Virus record (IMG/VR): IMGVR_UViG_3300031998_000044
Span: 1 to 64,000 of that record
DNA length: 64,000 nt
Origin: a virus
Taxonomy: Duplodnaviria; Caudoviricetes
Reading direction: 5' to 3' (one strand)
Shown here: positions 63,631 to 64,000 of the stretch, piece after piece
How the letters are laid out: each line of letters begins with the position of its first letter
How positions within the stretch are numbered: the first letter of the stretch is position 1
The notes under the pieces: model-generated
The model's database searches: none
Seen by the model: only the letters and a program-made list of their open reading frames with translations
Told to the model about the DNA's origin: nothing
Position numbers and translations under genes: made by a program

Positions 63631-64000
63631 TTATCCTTGCAAAATTTCAGGAATAAACGCAATACACTGTGTCGGGTCGTAAACGATGATACCGCAGCTT
63701 GTCATACGGTGAATAACAGCTGAATCCTCATCGTAACTCATGTTGCCATTGTTGATTTGTCCTGTAAACGGATTTCTGAAGCCCCATTCGTAACCACGAA
63801 GTTCAGGCTCGTCTTTAATCTTACATTTAACGATGTTAGGCTGCTCTTTAGAACCTGCCCACATAAGGTCAAAACGATAAGACATAGCTTTGCCGTTATA
63901 ACCAGGCATATCAATTTTGTTCTGTACCGAATCATCATAGAACGGCTCTACGTTTACTGTGATAGTAATACCGTTAGGTCCACGATATTCTACGTACTGC
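63631..64000 (-). CDS. Major capsid protein, C-terminal part (5'-truncated by window)
   Basis: GFRNPFTGQ...DEDSAVIHRM...GIIVYDPT matches the crAss-family MCP C-terminus as I recall it; frame continues to the window edge. Confidence 0.8.
   Translation of the reverse strand, partial: QYVEYRGPNGITITVNVEPFYDDSVQNKIDMPGYNGKAMSYRFDLMWAGSKEQPNIVKCKIKDEPELRGYEWGFRNPFTGQINNGNMSYDEDSAVIHRMTSCGIIVYDPTQCIAFIPEILQG

Noticed and set aside
1-64000. Stop-codon reassignment (TAG to Gln or TGA to Trp), known in some crAss-like phages
   Set aside because: Very long structural ORFs are intact under the standard code, TAG ends several genes (22486, 30085, 50175), and no suppressor tRNA was seen.
1-64000. CRISPR array, DGR, retron, group I/II intron or IS element
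   Set aside because: No regularly spaced repeats, reverse transcriptase motifs, homing-endonuclease interruptions or transposase ORFs were recognised.

Overview
The window is a partial genome of a crAss-like (Crassvirales-type) phage, probably infecting a Bacteroidota host. Host evidence: TAnnTTTG promoter elements, A-rich start regions without Shine-Dalgarno, and a Bacteroidales-type integrase and SSB. Standard genetic code; no sign of stop-codon recoding. Virion genes are recognisably crAss-like: MCP C-terminus, the conserved MCP-adjacent gene, ring proteins, muzzle/stabilisation protein, tail hubs, tail fibre, cargo proteins and a >2380-aa giant protein running off the left edge. They are split into several blocks of both orientations. 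Between the blocks lie a short non-coding/early island (21-24.5 kb) and a ~28-kb temperate-phage-style region (RecT, DnaC-like loader, DnaB, SSB, many small ORFs). That region carries a tyrosine integrase next to a 46-bp 3' half of tRNA-Pro(TGG) with repeated arm-like sites, which looks like an attP, suggesting an integrating crAss-like phage. The second main signal is a palindrome, CTTACA-N5-TGTAAG, placed exactly 27 nt upstream of a Bacteroidetes -7 element at five promoters, four of them driving virion or virion-adjacent blocks. This suggests a dedicated activator regulon. All family assignments come from recognising motifs by eye; no database searches were run.
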